Positions 9,878-19,611 of a DNA stretch of 64,000 nt are shown here, one piece after another (the first letter of the stretch is position 1; each line of letters starts with the position of its first letter). This stretch comes from Candidatus Cloacimonadales bacterium (GTDB taxonomy: Bacteria; Cloacimonadota; Cloacimonadia; Cloacimonadales; JAFGVF01): contig OY759729.1 in assembly GCA_963662585.1 (NCBI GenBank), positions 1,856,001 to 1,920,000 on the forward strand, read 5' to 3'. Under the pieces are notes generated by a model. It was not told where the DNA came from. It worked only from the letters and a program-made list of their open reading frames with translations, and made no database searches. Position numbers and translations under genes: made by a program.

Positions 9878-12800
9878 GTGAATAGAAACATTAAACGAGA
9901 AAAAAAGATAGAAAATTATGATGCCGTTCGTATTCGTATTGCCTCTCCTGATGCAATAAGAAGTTGGTCTTATGGAGAAGTTGTCAAACCTGACACCTTA
10001 AACTACCGTACACTAAAACCGGAGAAAGATGGTCTTTTCTGTGAAAGAATATTTGGACCGGAAAAAGATTACGAATGCTCATGTGGAAAGTATAAGAAAA
10101 AAAGATTTGCCGGAACTATTTGTGACCGTTGTGGAGTTGAAGTAACTTCATCAAGAGTGAGAAGAACAAGAATGGGACATATTGAATTAGCTGTTCCTGT
10201 TGCTCATATCTCTTTTGTTAAGAGTGCTCCAAGTAAAATTGGTACTCTCTTAGGGCTCACAATTAGTAATTTGGAGAAAATCTTAGTCTATGAATCTTAT
10301 GTTGTCTTGAATCCAGGTGAACAAGATTATCAAGTAGGTGAGCTTATTGATACAGAAGAATTTTATGAAGTTCGTGATCAAGTATCACGAGACACAGAAT
10401 TCTCTGCAAAAATAGGTGCTGAAGCTGTTAAAGAGATGCTTCAAGCCTTAAATCTTGATGATATTGCTGCTGATTTAAGAACCCGTATCAAATGGGAAAC
10501 ATCTACTATGCGTAAGCAAAAGATGATTAAGCGTCTCAAAGTTGTAGAAGCTTTCAGACAATCAGGCAACAGACCTGAATGGATGATTTTAGAAGTATTA
10601 CCAGTACTTCCTCCTACCTTAAGACCATTAGTTCCTCTTGATGGTGGAAGATTCGCCACAGCTGACTTTAATGATTTATATAGAAGAGTTATAACAAGAA
10701 ATAATAGATTAAAAGGTCTGATAGAAATCAGAGCCCCCGAGGTGATTCTTAGAAATGAAAAGAGAATGCTTCAGGAAGCTGTTGATGCTTTAATAGATAA
10801 CTCTAAAAAAGCTAGACCAGTTAAGGGTAGAGGAAACAGAGCTCTTAAGAGTCTTACTGATCAACTTAAAGGTAAGCAAGGTCGTTTCCGTCAAAACCTT
10901 CTTGGTAAGCGTGTAGATTACTCTGGCCGTTCAGTTATTACAGTTGGACCACACTTAAAAATCTACGAAATGGGTTTACCAAAAGAAATGGCTGTTGAAT
11001 TATTCAAACCTTTCATTATTGAAAGATTAGAAAAAATGGGAACAGCAGAGAAGACCAAAACAGCTAAGAAGATGGTTGAGAAGAAACAACCTGAAATCTG
11101 GAAAATCTTAGAAGAAGTTGTTAGAGATTATCCAGTTATGCTTAATAGAGCTCCTACTCTTCATAGATTAGGTATTCAAGCTTTTATGCCAGTATTAACT
11201 GAAGGAAAGTCTTTACAATTGCATCCAATGGTTTGTACACCATTTAATGCTGACTTTGATGGTGACCAGATGGGTTGCTATATCCCTCTATCTCAGGAAG
11301 CTAGAATGGAAGCTCGTGTCTTGATGTTATCTTCAAGAAACTTGTTACTTCCTGCCAGTGGACGCCTCGCTATGGCTCCTTCTCAAGATATCGTGCTTGG
11401 TTGCTTCTATTTAACAATGGAAGGAAGTCCTGAGCCCAAAGAAGAAGAAGCTGTAAGAAAACTCAAGTGGTTCGGAAGTGTAGAAGAGATGGTTAATCAC
11501 TACGAACAAGAAGAAATGCTCTATGATCAAAAGAGAAATTCTGAAGAGAGAAGATTAGTAGACATTGGCATGAGAACCTTAAATCTTCACACTTGGATTA
11601 GAATTAAAATTAAAGATAAATGGGTTGTAACTACAGTTGGTAGAGTGCTATTTAATTTAGCATTACCTATAGAGATCCCATTCCAAAATAAAGTATTTGA
11701 TAAAGGTTCATTGAATGACATCGCTATGGATTGCTTCCACAAAGTAGGACAATGGGAAACTGCTATCTTCTTAGATAAGATGAAAGAAACAGGTTTCAAA
11801 TATGCTACTCGGGCAGGAATTACCTTTAGTTTTGGTGATATCATTGTTCCTAAAAAGAAATACGAAATTATTGAAAATACTCAAAAAGTAGTTGATGAAA
11901 TAAACGACACTTATAATATGGGTGTAATCACTGATAATGAGCGCTCTTCTCGTATCGTTGATAGCTGGAAGATTGCTACTGAAGAAGTTACTGATAGTCT
12001 AATGGATGAGTTGAAAATTAGTGAAGGTGGATATAACTCAATCTATATGATGTATCTATCCGGAGCTCGTGGTAGTAAGACTCAGATTAAACAGCTTGGT
12101 GGTATGCGTGGTCTAATGGACAAACCTTCTGCTAAGGGTGGTGGAAACGAAGTTATTGAAACACCAATTAAATCTAACTTTAAAGAAGGTTTAAGTGTGT
12201 TGGAATTCTTCATCTCTACTCATGGTTCTAGAAAAGGTCTTGCTGATACTGCCCTTAAAACTGCTGGTGCTGGTTACTTAACTAGAAGATTAGTTGATGT
12301 TGCTCAGAATGCTATGATTGTTGAAGATGACTGTGGTACCATTGATGGTATTATCATGTCAGCTTTGAAAGAAGGTAACGAAGTTATCGAATCCTTGAAA
12401 GATAGAATTGCTGGTAGAACTGCTGTTGATGATGTTGAAGATCCACGCACAGGACAAATTATTGTTCATGCTGGTGAAGAGATATCAACAGATATGGCAG
12501 AAGTAATTCAGAAACATGGTGTTTTAAGTGTTAGAGTTAGATCAGTGTTGACTTGTCAATCTGAGAAAGGTATTTGTGCTAAATGTTATGGTATAAATCT
12601 TTCAACTCACAAGCCGGTTGCAGCTGGAGAACCTGTTGGTATTATCGCTGCTCAATCAATCGGTGAACCAGGTACTCAGCTTACTCTAAGAACATTCCAT
12701 ATCGGTGGTACTGCTTCTACTGATGTTGACTCAGCTGCTGTTGAAGCTAAAAATGACGGTTATATCAAATTTGAAAATGTTCAATTTGTTGTAAATAGCC

Positions 12801-14623
12801 AAGGTCAAATGATATCTTCATCTCACTTGGGTAAACTCTTCGTAGTTCCAGAACCTGATTCTGAGTTAATCTTAGAAGAGTATAAAGTTGAATATGCAGC
12901 AATTATAGAAATCAAAGATGGACAAAAAGTTGTTGCTAGTACAAAGTTATTTAGTTGGGATCAGTATAATAATACTCTTATTTCAACTGTTAAAGGTGTT
13001 CTCTATTATGATAACTTCGTTAAGAATGTTACCTATAAAGAAGAATTTAACGATTTAACAGGAAGTAAAGAAATTACTATAATTGAATCCAAAGATAGAA
13101 TTCAACCACAGTTTAAAATTGAGACTGATGATGGACAAACAGTGTTAGTTCCTCTGCAAACTGGTCTTAATGTCTTGGTTGATGACGGGGAAACTGTCCA
13201 AGTTGGTCAAAAAATCGGACAGACATCTCGTGTTACTATTAAGCAAGGTGATATTACTGGTGGTCTTCCTCGTGTTGAAGATCTCTTTGAAGCAAGAATT
13301 CCTAAAGAAAAAGCTGTTATCTCTGAAATTGAGGGAAGAATCTCAATCGGTAACTTAAAGCGTAATGGTCGTGATATCTTTATCACTCCACCTACAGGAA
13401 TCTTTGCCTTAGAAGACGGCGTAATGCAAGTTGTTGATGATCTACCAATGATTTCAACAAGCAATATTATTAAGTCTGGTAATGAAACTTTGTCTCCTGT
13501 TACTGGAAATATTATTTGCATAGAGATAGACGGTAAGTTAGCTAAAGTCTCTATAAAAGATGATGAAGGTAATATCAGTATAGTAGAATGCGAAGATGGT
13601 CAAGATATCGGATTAATAACCTATATTGGTCAAAGAATTCAACAGAATGACGCCATTGCTGGTTCTAAGGCTGTTGCACCTACTATAAGGATTATTCCTA
13701 GTTCAGGTGTTAAATCTAAGAGTGCTGGAAAAGTAACTAAAATTGAAAAAGTTGATGATGGCTACCAAGTAACTGTTGAACCTAAATCTACCCGTAAAAC
13801 AAGTGTAGATGTTTACACTATAAGTGATGGTCATAAGCCATTTAATCTTCTGGGAAACAATGTTAAAAAGGGCGATGTCCTTGGTGGATTCGTTCACTAC
13901 ATTGCATCTGGACAAGAGGCTATCTTACCAAGTGGAACAAAGATCACAAGTGGTCAGGCATTAGCAGGTAGAAACCATGTTATTCCTATCGGTAAGAGAA
14001 TTATTATTCACGAAGGTGATAATGTTCATTCAGGTACTGCTCTTTGTGATGGTCCTATCGATCCTCACGATATTCTTAGAATTCGCGGTATTAAAGAATC
14101 TCAAAAACTTATCTTAGATGAAATTCAAGAAGTTTATCGTAAACAAGGTGTTAAAATCGATGATAAACACATCGGTGTGATTGTAAGACAGATGTTCAAG
14201 AAAGTAAAAATTCTTGATCCTGGTGATACTTATTTCCTTGAAGGAGATACTATTGACAAGCTTATTGCTATGAAAGAAAATGCGAAACAAGAAGCTTTAG
14301 GTGGCAAAGGTGCTACATTCGAACAACTTCTTCTCGGCATTACTAAAACTTCTTTGTTGACAGAATCATGGCTTTCAGCAGCTTCGTTCATGGAGACTAC
14401 TAAGGTCCTCACTCAAGCTGCCGTAGAAGGCAAGGTAGATAACTTAGAAGGTCTTAAAGAAAGCATTATTCTTGGTCACAAAATTCCTGTTGGTACTGGC
14501 TCAAAGTTCTATACCAGCAAGATCAAGGAACTAGAAAATAGCGGCAAAACGGTTGCCGAAATGGTTGAGCACTTAGCTCACGAAACTGATGACGAGTCTA
14601 TGGAAGACTTGTTAGATTTTTAA
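9878..14623 (+). CDS. rpoC: RNA polymerase beta' subunit, with insertions
   Basis: Zn finger CSC..CDRC, NADFDGD, GEPGTQLTLRTFH; GTG start after GGAGG. Confidence 0.99.
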   Translation: MNRNIKREKKIENYDAVRIRIASPDAIRSWSYGEVVKPDTLNYRTLKPEKDGLFCERIFGPEKDYECSCGKYKKKRFAGTICDRCGVEVTSSRVRRTRMGHIELAVPVAHISFVKSAPSKIGTLLGLTISNLEKILVYESYVVLNPGEQDYQVGELIDTEEFYEVRDQVSRDTEFSAKIGAEAVKEMLQALNLDDIAADLRTRIKWETSTMRKQKMIKRLKVVEAFRQSGNRPEWMILEVLPVLPPTLRPLVPLDGGRFATADFNDLYRRVITRNNRLKGLIEIRAPEVILRNEKRMLQEAVDALIDNSKKARPVKGRGNRALKSLTDQLKGKQGRFRQNLLGKRVDYSGRSVITVGPHLKIYEMGLPKEMAVELFKPFIIERLEKMGTAEKTKTAKKMVEKKQPEIWKILEEVVRDYPVMLNRAPTLHRLGIQAFMPVLTEGKSLQLHPMVCTPFNADFDGDQMGCYIPLSQEARMEARVLMLSSRNLLLPASGRLAMAPSQDIVLGCFYLTMEGSPEPKEEEAVRKLKWFGSVEEMVNHYEQEEMLYDQKRNSEERRLVDIGMRTLNLHTWIRIKIKDKWVVTTVGRVLFNLALPIEIPFQNKVFDKGSLNDIAMDCFHKVGQWETAIFLDKMKETGFKYATRAGITFSFGDIIVPKKKYEIIENTQKVVDEINDTYNMGVITDNERSSRIVDSWKIATEEVTDSLMDELKISEGGYNSIYMMYLSGARGSKTQIKQLGGMRGLMDKPSAKGGGNEVIETPIKSNFKEGLSVLEFFISTHGSRKGLADTALKTAGAGYLTRRLVDVAQNAMIVEDDCGTIDGIIMSALKEGNEVIESLKDRIAGRTAVDDVEDPRTGQIIVHAGEEISTDMAEVIQKHGVLSVRVRSVLTCQSEKGICAKCYGINLSTHKPVAAGEPVGIIAAQSIGEPGTQLTLRTFHIGGTASTDVDSAAVEAKNDGYIKFENVQFVVNSQGQMISSSHLGKLFVVPEPDSELILEEYKVEYAAIIEIKDGQKVVASTKLFSWDQYNNTLISTVKGVLYYDNFVKNVTYKEEFNDLTGSKEITIIESKDRIQPQFKIETDDGQTVLVPLQTGLNVLVDDGETVQVGQKIGQTSRVTIKQGDITGGLPRVEDLFEARIPKEKAVISEIEGRISIGNLKRNGRDIFITPPTGIFALEDGVMQVVDDLPMISTSNIIKSGNETLSPVTGNIICIEIDGKLAKVSIKDDEGNISIVECEDGQDIGLITYIGQRIQQNDAIAGSKAVAPTIRIIPSSGVKSKSAGKVTKIEKVDDGYQVTVEPKSTRKTSVDVYTISDGHKPFNLLGNNVKKGDVLGGFVHYIASGQEAILPSGTKITSGQALAGRNHVIPIGKRIIIHEGDNVHSGTALCDGPIDPHDILRIRGIKESQKLILDEIQEVYRKQGVKIDDKHIGVIVRQMFKKVKILDPGDTYFLEGDTIDKLIAMKENAKQEALGGKGATFEQLLLGITKTSLLTESWLSAASFMETTKVLTQAAVEGKVDNLEGLKESIILGHKIPVGTGSKFYTSKIKELENSGKTVAEMVEHLAHETDDESMEDLLDF

Positions 14624-14642
14624 TAAAGGATGGAGGTAGATT

Positions 14643-15020
14643 GTGCCTACAATTAACCAGTTAATTAGAAAAGGAAGAAAAACGGTTGAAAAAAGAAAAA
14701 ACAACCGTGCATTAAATGAGTGCCCACAGAGAAGGGGTGTTTGTACAAGAGTGTACACAACAACACCTAAGAAACCTAACTCAGCGTTGCGTAAAGTTGC
14801 TCGTGTTCGTTTATCAAATGGTATCGAAGTTACTGCTTATATACCAGGTGAAGGTCATAACTTACAAGAGCATTCACTTGTATTAGTTCGTGGTGGTCGT
14901 GTAAAGGATTTACCTGGTGTGAGATATCACATCGTTCGTGGAACCTTAGACTGTTCAGGTGTTGAAAACAGAACTAACTCTCGTTCTAAATATGGAACAA
15001 GACGACCAAAGAAAAAATAG
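14643..15020 (+). CDS. rpsL: 30S ribosomal protein S12
   Basis: [28 protein letters not shown] motifs. Confidence 0.99.
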   Translation: MPTINQLIRKGRKTVEKRKNNRALNECPQRRGVCTRVYTTTPKKPNSALRKVARVRLSNGIEVTAYIPGEGHNLQEHSLVLVRGGRVKDLPGVRYHIVRGTLDCSGVENRTNSRSKYGTRRPKKK

Positions 15021-15029
15021 GAGTAAGAT

Positions 15030-15500
15030 ATGCCAAGAAAACGCAAAGCCATAGAAAGAACAGTATTACCTGATCCAAAATATAATGATGTAATACTTAG
15101 TAAGTTCATCAACGGTGTTATGTCACATGGAAAGAAATCCATTGCAGAACAGATTGTTTATGGAGCATTTGAAATTATCGAAGCTAAATTGAAAAAAGAT
15201 CCTCTAGAGGTATTTAGAGAAGCTTTAACAAACGCAAGACCTCTTGTAAAAGTTACTTCTCGTCGTGTTGGTGGTGCTAACTACCAAGTACCTGAAGAAG
15301 TTTCTGAAAAAGCAGGAAGAGCTATTGCTTTCAGATGGATTATCTCAGTTGCTCGTGGTCGTAATGAGAAAAACATGAGAGATAAATTAGCTGCAGAGTT
15401 AATGGCTATCTATAAAAAAGAGGGTTCTACTATCAAGAAAAGAGAAGATACCCACAAAATGGCTGAAGCTAACAAAGCTTTTGCTCACTTAAGATTCTAA
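15030..15500 (+). CDS. rpsG: 30S ribosomal protein S7
   Basis: RRVGGANYQVP and HKMAEANKAFAH motifs. Confidence 0.99.
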   Translation: MPRKRKAIERTVLPDPKYNDVILSKFINGVMSHGKKSIAEQIVYGAFEIIEAKLKKDPLEVFREALTNARPLVKVTSRRVGGANYQVPEEVSEKAGRAIAFRWIISVARGRNEKNMRDKLAAELMAIYKKEGSTIKKREDTHKMAEANKAFAHLRF

Positions 15501-15519
15501 TTTAATTTAGAAATATATT

Positions 15520-15553
15520 AAGCGGAAGAATTTATTCTTCCGCTTTTCTTTTT
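15520..15553 (+). terminator. Intrinsic terminator after rpsG
   Basis: AAGCGGAAGAAT-TT-ATTCTTCCGCTT followed by TTCTTTTT. Confidence 0.85.
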
Positions 15554-15798
15554 GGTCATTAATATTTTAATAGACTTCTTTCCTTATAAGCTCACTTGGT
15601 TACTCTATGTTCCTTTACTGACAATTCGATGGAAAATCAAATATTTTTCGAAAAGGGTGTGAAAGAGCAGGCTGAGACAGGATGATGAGGAGACACTAAG
15701 GATATAATTATAACTTTAGTTTTGGGATAATACTATTTATCATTGACACAAAATCCTCTAGATTAATGCTAGTAAAAAAAGAGAGTTAGGAGAATAAT

Positions 15799-16212
15799 AT
15801 GGCTAAAATAGAAGCAATTGACTTCAAGAGAAGACGAGCTATTCCTACTAAGTACAAAACCCTCTTAGTTCTATTCTGCATAATAGGAATACTAATTCAC
15901 TCATACTGGAATAAAAAAAGAGTTGAAAGCTTAGTTGTTGATAATGAGACTATTATGTTTGAAGAGATTAATATGCAATCAGTAATAATAAATTTTGCTA
16001 TTTATAATACTACTCAAATTGAAAAATCCGAAAAAGTAAAAATCGAGATTGTTGACCAAAATAACTATCTTGTAACTTCGACAATAAGATATCTGGAATT
16101 TCATAGGGGACAGAATTTATTCACTGAACAGATAAAATTTAAAAGAAGATTCCCTGATATAGAAAAGCGAAGTTTAAGAGCTATAATTTCTATTCATCCT
16201 CGTCGATTATGA
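15799..16212 (+). CDS. Hypothetical membrane-anchored protein
   Basis: 137 aa, AGGAG RBS, one N-terminal hydrophobic helix, upstream TTGACA at 15743. Confidence 0.7.
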   Translation: MAKIEAIDFKRRRAIPTKYKTLLVLFCIIGILIHSYWNKKRVESLVVDNETIMFEEINMQSVIINFAIYNTTQIEKSEKVKIEIVDQNNYLVTSTIRYLEFHRGQNLFTEQIKFKRRFPDIEKRSLRAIISIHPRRL

Positions 16213-16377
16213 TATCTAAAATCTTGCAATAGATTAACCTATGGAGCAGGACTAATAAAAGAGAAAAGAGATTCAAGACTAAAGTAAAGAAATATTCCAA
16301 AGAAAATGCCTATTATACCTATTAAGGAATATAATTTGCATTAGTATAAAACTAAAATATTACATTAAGGGAAAAAA

Positions 16378-17559
16378 ATGTCATTTTTGATCTTAGCAAC
16401 TATATTATTAATAGTTTATTGGGTTGTAGAGTACTATATGCATTTAAAAAATGTAAAAAAAGTACCTATAAGGATTCATGTCAATGGAACACGAGGTAAA
16501 TCTAGTGTAACTCGTTTAATAGCAGCTGGTTTTAGGGCTGGTGGTATAAGAACTGTAGCCAAAACAACAGGTACTCTTCCTCGTATTATTCACCCTGATG
16601 GTAGGGAAAGTGCCATTGTTAGGTTAATGGGTGCTAATATTATTGAGCAAAAGTATATTTTCAGAAATACTGTTGCTATGAAACCAGAAGCTATTATCAT
16701 CGAATGCATGGCGGTAAATCCAATTTATCAGTGGATTGTTGAAAGAAGATTAGTAAAAGCATCTACAGGGGTGTTAACAAATGCCAGACTTGACCATACT
16801 GATTTAATGGGAGAGACTGTTGCTGATATTGCGAAAAGTTTATCTAACTTCTTCCCACCAAATAAAGTCTGTTTTACTGCCGAAAATAATGATAAAATAT
16901 TTGCAGTTTTAAATAAGCGAGCAAAAAAATTTGGTACAGATCTACAACAAATTTTACCTAAAGATGTTACTAAAGAAGAACTTCTGGGATTCTCTTATAT
17001 TGAGCATGCTGATAATGTTCAATTGGCTCTTAAAGTTTGTGAAGCTCATGGGATTAAGAGGAGTGTCGCTCTCAAAGGTATGCAAAGTGCAATTCCTGAC
17101 CCTGGTGCATTAACTCAACATAGAGTAGTCGAGGGAAACAAAACTTTGATGTTCTATAATGTTTTTGCAGCTAATGATCCAGCATCTACAGAGTTTTTAT
17201 ATCACAGAATTACCGATCATATTCACGAAGGAACAAAGTTTATTATCTTAAATTCTCGTTCTGATAGGTTCTTCCGTACAGATCAACTTTTAGAAGTATG
17301 CAAAAATGTTGAGTTTGATTATTTATTACTTACTGGTGAATCACCTCAAAAAGCTTATGATCATGCTATTGATTTAGGTATTGAGAAGAAAAAAGTGATT
17401 AAGTTAGGTCAACCTTTGGTACATCAAATTTATGAGAAGATAGTTTCTTTAACAAATAAAGAAGCTCACATAGCAGGTATCGGTAATATTGCCGGTGAAG
17501 TTAAATATGGTGCTCAGATAGTAGCTCATTTTAAACATTTAGAACAGAAACAAAAATAA
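16378..17559 (+). CDS. pgsB: Poly-gamma-glutamate synthase PgsB/CapB (Mur-ligase fold)
   Basis: RIHVNGTRGKSSVTRLIAAG, AKTTG, ECMAV, N-R-DH, PDPG and FAANDP motifs typical of CapB. Confidence 0.93.
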   Translation: MSFLILATILLIVYWVVEYYMHLKNVKKVPIRIHVNGTRGKSSVTRLIAAGFRAGGIRTVAKTTGTLPRIIHPDGRESAIVRLMGANIIEQKYIFRNTVAMKPEAIIIECMAVNPIYQWIVERRLVKASTGVLTNARLDHTDLMGETVADIAKSLSNFFPPNKVCFTAENNDKIFAVLNKRAKKFGTDLQQILPKDVTKEELLGFSYIEHADNVQLALKVCEAHGIKRSVALKGMQSAIPDPGALTQHRVVEGNKTLMFYNVFAANDPASTEFLYHRITDHIHEGTKFIILNSRSDRFFRTDQLLEVCKNVEFDYLLLTGESPQKAYDHAIDLGIEKKKVIKLGQPLVHQIYEKIVSLTNKEAHIAGIGNIAGEVKYGAQIVAHFKHLEQKQK

Positions 17560-17584
17560 TTAATTATATAATAAGGAGAAATTG

Positions 17585-18031
17585 ATGGTCGAGGCTGCCG
17601 TTGGTTTAGGTGTGATTGTAAGTTTAATCTTCACAGAATTATTAGGAGCTTCAGCCGGTGGAATAGTTGTTCCAGGCTACTTAGCTCTCTATTTAGATCG
17701 TCCAGTTCAGATTTTAACGACTTTATTAGTTGCTTTAGCAACTTGGTTGTTAATAAGATTTATTTCCTCTTTTACTATTCTCTATGGAAAAAGAAGAATG
17801 GCATTAAGTATCTTACTTGGCTTTATCTTAGGCTGGTTAGTTACAGGAATGAAACTCAATGTGTTAAGCTTTAATGTTGAATCAGTGGGATATATTATTC
17901 CTGGTTTGATAGCCAACTGGTTAGAAAGACAGGGAGTGGTAAAAACTATGTCAACAATGATTATTGCAGCTGTTTTAGTTAGAATAACTTTAATGGTATT
18001 ATCAGGCGGAGAGGTGAATTTCCATGTTTAG
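17585..18031 (+). CDS. pgsC: Poly-gamma-glutamate biosynthesis protein PgsC/CapC
   Basis: GGIVVPGYLAL, LYGKRR and GYIIPGLIA motifs; small hydrophobic protein after pgsB. Confidence 0.93.
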   Translation: MVEAAVGLGVIVSLIFTELLGASAGGIVVPGYLALYLDRPVQILTTLLVALATWLLIRFISSFTILYGKRRMALSILLGFILGWLVTGMKLNVLSFNVESVGYIIPGLIANWLERQGVVKTMSTMIIAAVLVRITLMVLSGGEVNFHV

Positions 18032-19103
18032 ACCATCATTAAGAACAAATTTATCATTAACTTTATTAGCAGTTTTTGCCATATTACTTTTTATAATTAT
18101 TGGTTTAAGTAAGGGTCCAGATTTTGAAGCACAAAAAAGTGCAGCAGAAAGAATGGAAAGATCTTTTGAGAAAATATCTCTTCAATTTAAAAAACTCGTG
18201 AAAGAAGATAAAGTAAATTGGGATAAGAAAATAGACCCAGACCAATTAGGTTTAATCGGACCAGAGACAAGTCCGATAATCACTAGTAGAGCTGTCTTAA
18301 CAGAAAAACAAAGAGCTATAAATCCTAATTTAGCTGCAGTGTTTGTAAAATGGTTGAAAGAAGCTAAATTACAAGCTGGAGATTTTGTAGCTGTTGGTGT
18401 CAGTGGATCTAGTCCTTCTGTAAACATTGCCCTTTATTCAGCAATGAGAGAATTAGAATTAAAACCAGTAATTATTACTGCTTTAAGTTCATCTCGTTAT
18501 GGAGCTTCTAATGTTAATTTTACCTGGTTAGATATGGAAAAAGCTATTTATAGTGAAACTGGATTCTCAACTTATGCTGCTTCTCGTGGTGGAAATAGAG
18601 ATATTGCTTCTGGTATGAATAGCGAAGGTAAAGAGATACTTGGTGATATTATTCACCAAAATGAACTTCAGTTGATTGAAGGAAACAGAGCTCGTATTGT
18701 AATGTTTGAAAAAGCCTTACCTAAAGGAAAAGAATACAAAGCATTTATTAACATAGGTGCATCAGTTGGTAATGTAGGTTCAGTGGTTTCTGCTGGATTA
18801 TTAAAAGAAGGTGTAAATAGAAGTTTACCTGAATTAGAAGCAAAGGGTGTTTTAGATTATTTCAATGAGAAAAATATTCCGATAATCCATTTCTTCAGAG
18901 GACAAGATACTTTTGATGAATACTATTTGTCAGAAGTAAATGCAGATTCTCAAAAAATCGGTAAAGGTATTGTTTACGGATATAGTTGGACAGTAGCTTT
19001 AGTATCTTTGATATTATTAATTTTAGCAATTGCTTTAGTAATTATCTTTGATAGACATGATAGACATTTTATGGCTAATATTATTAGTCATCGAGAGGAT
19101 TAA
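18024..19103 (+). CDS. pgsW: Poly-gamma-glutamate system protein (PgsW-like)
   Basis: GLIG..S.I.T, NPNLAA, SGSSP, SSSRYGAS..FTWLDME and FINIG motifs; N- and C-terminal TM helices; overlaps pgsC stop. Confidence 0.8.
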   Translation: MFRPSLRTNLSLTLLAVFAILLFIIIGLSKGPDFEAQKSAAERMERSFEKISLQFKKLVKEDKVNWDKKIDPDQLGLIGPETSPIITSRAVLTEKQRAINPNLAAVFVKWLKEAKLQAGDFVAVGVSGSSPSVNIALYSAMRELELKPVIITALSSSRYGASNVNFTWLDMEKAIYSETGFSTYAASRGGNRDIASGMNSEGKEILGDIIHQNELQLIEGNRARIVMFEKALPKGKEYKAFINIGASVGNVGSVVSAGLLKEGVNRSLPELEAKGVLDYFNEKNIPIIHFFRGQDTFDEYYLSEVNADSQKIGKGIVYGYSWTVALVSLILLILAIALVIIFDRHDRHFMANIISHRED

Positions 19104-19104
19104 A

Positions 19105-19611
19105 ATGAGAAAAATTCTGATTGTAGGATTTATATTATTAATTTCTAGCTTACTTTTTGCTGAAGGGGATGAGTTTAAATCTAGACACTTAACTCCCTTA
19201 AACAGTGAAGCAGTAATTCAAGTAATTAATAATGATAGTGAGAGTGGTAGAGATTATTTTATCTTTAGTGATACTCTCGCTTTAGAATATGAAGTTGAAG
19301 AAGGTTATGAAGTTTATGGCTTTGTCAGAACTGTAGCTTCAGATGGCTTAGAACCAGATTTAAATATCTATATTGATGAAACTTTATCAATGTTGCTATC
19401 AGTCTTGGTTGATAAATCAATTAAGTACACTTCAAAAGAGTATTCAGACTTATCTAGAGCCAAGAAATTATATATTTCTCCTCAAGATAAAGCATGTAAA
19501 ATTCGCTTAACAACCTCAAGCAAGTTGCCTTTGATGATTAGAATGTACACAAAAAAAGCAACTTTGTTAAATAAATTAGAACTTAAAAATAATTGGGATT
19601 TGAGAATATGA
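19105..19611 (+). CDS. Hypothetical secreted/periplasmic protein
   Basis: Signal peptide MRKILIVGFILLISSLLFA from ATG 19105, 1 nt after the pgsW stop. Confidence 0.7.
   Translation: MRKILIVGFILLISSLLFAEGDEFKSRHLTPLNSEAVIQVINNDSESGRDYFIFSDTLALEYEVEEGYEVYGFVRTVASDGLEPDLNIYIDETLSMLLSVLVDKSIKYTSKEYSDLSRAKKLYISPQDKACKIRLTTSSKLPLMIRMYTKKATLLNKLELKNNWDLRI

Noticed and set aside
1423..15142. Short alternate-frame and antisense ORFs inside tuf, rpl, rpo and rps genes
   Set aside because: They lie within conserved genes, show no motifs, and are typical shadows of biased codon usage.
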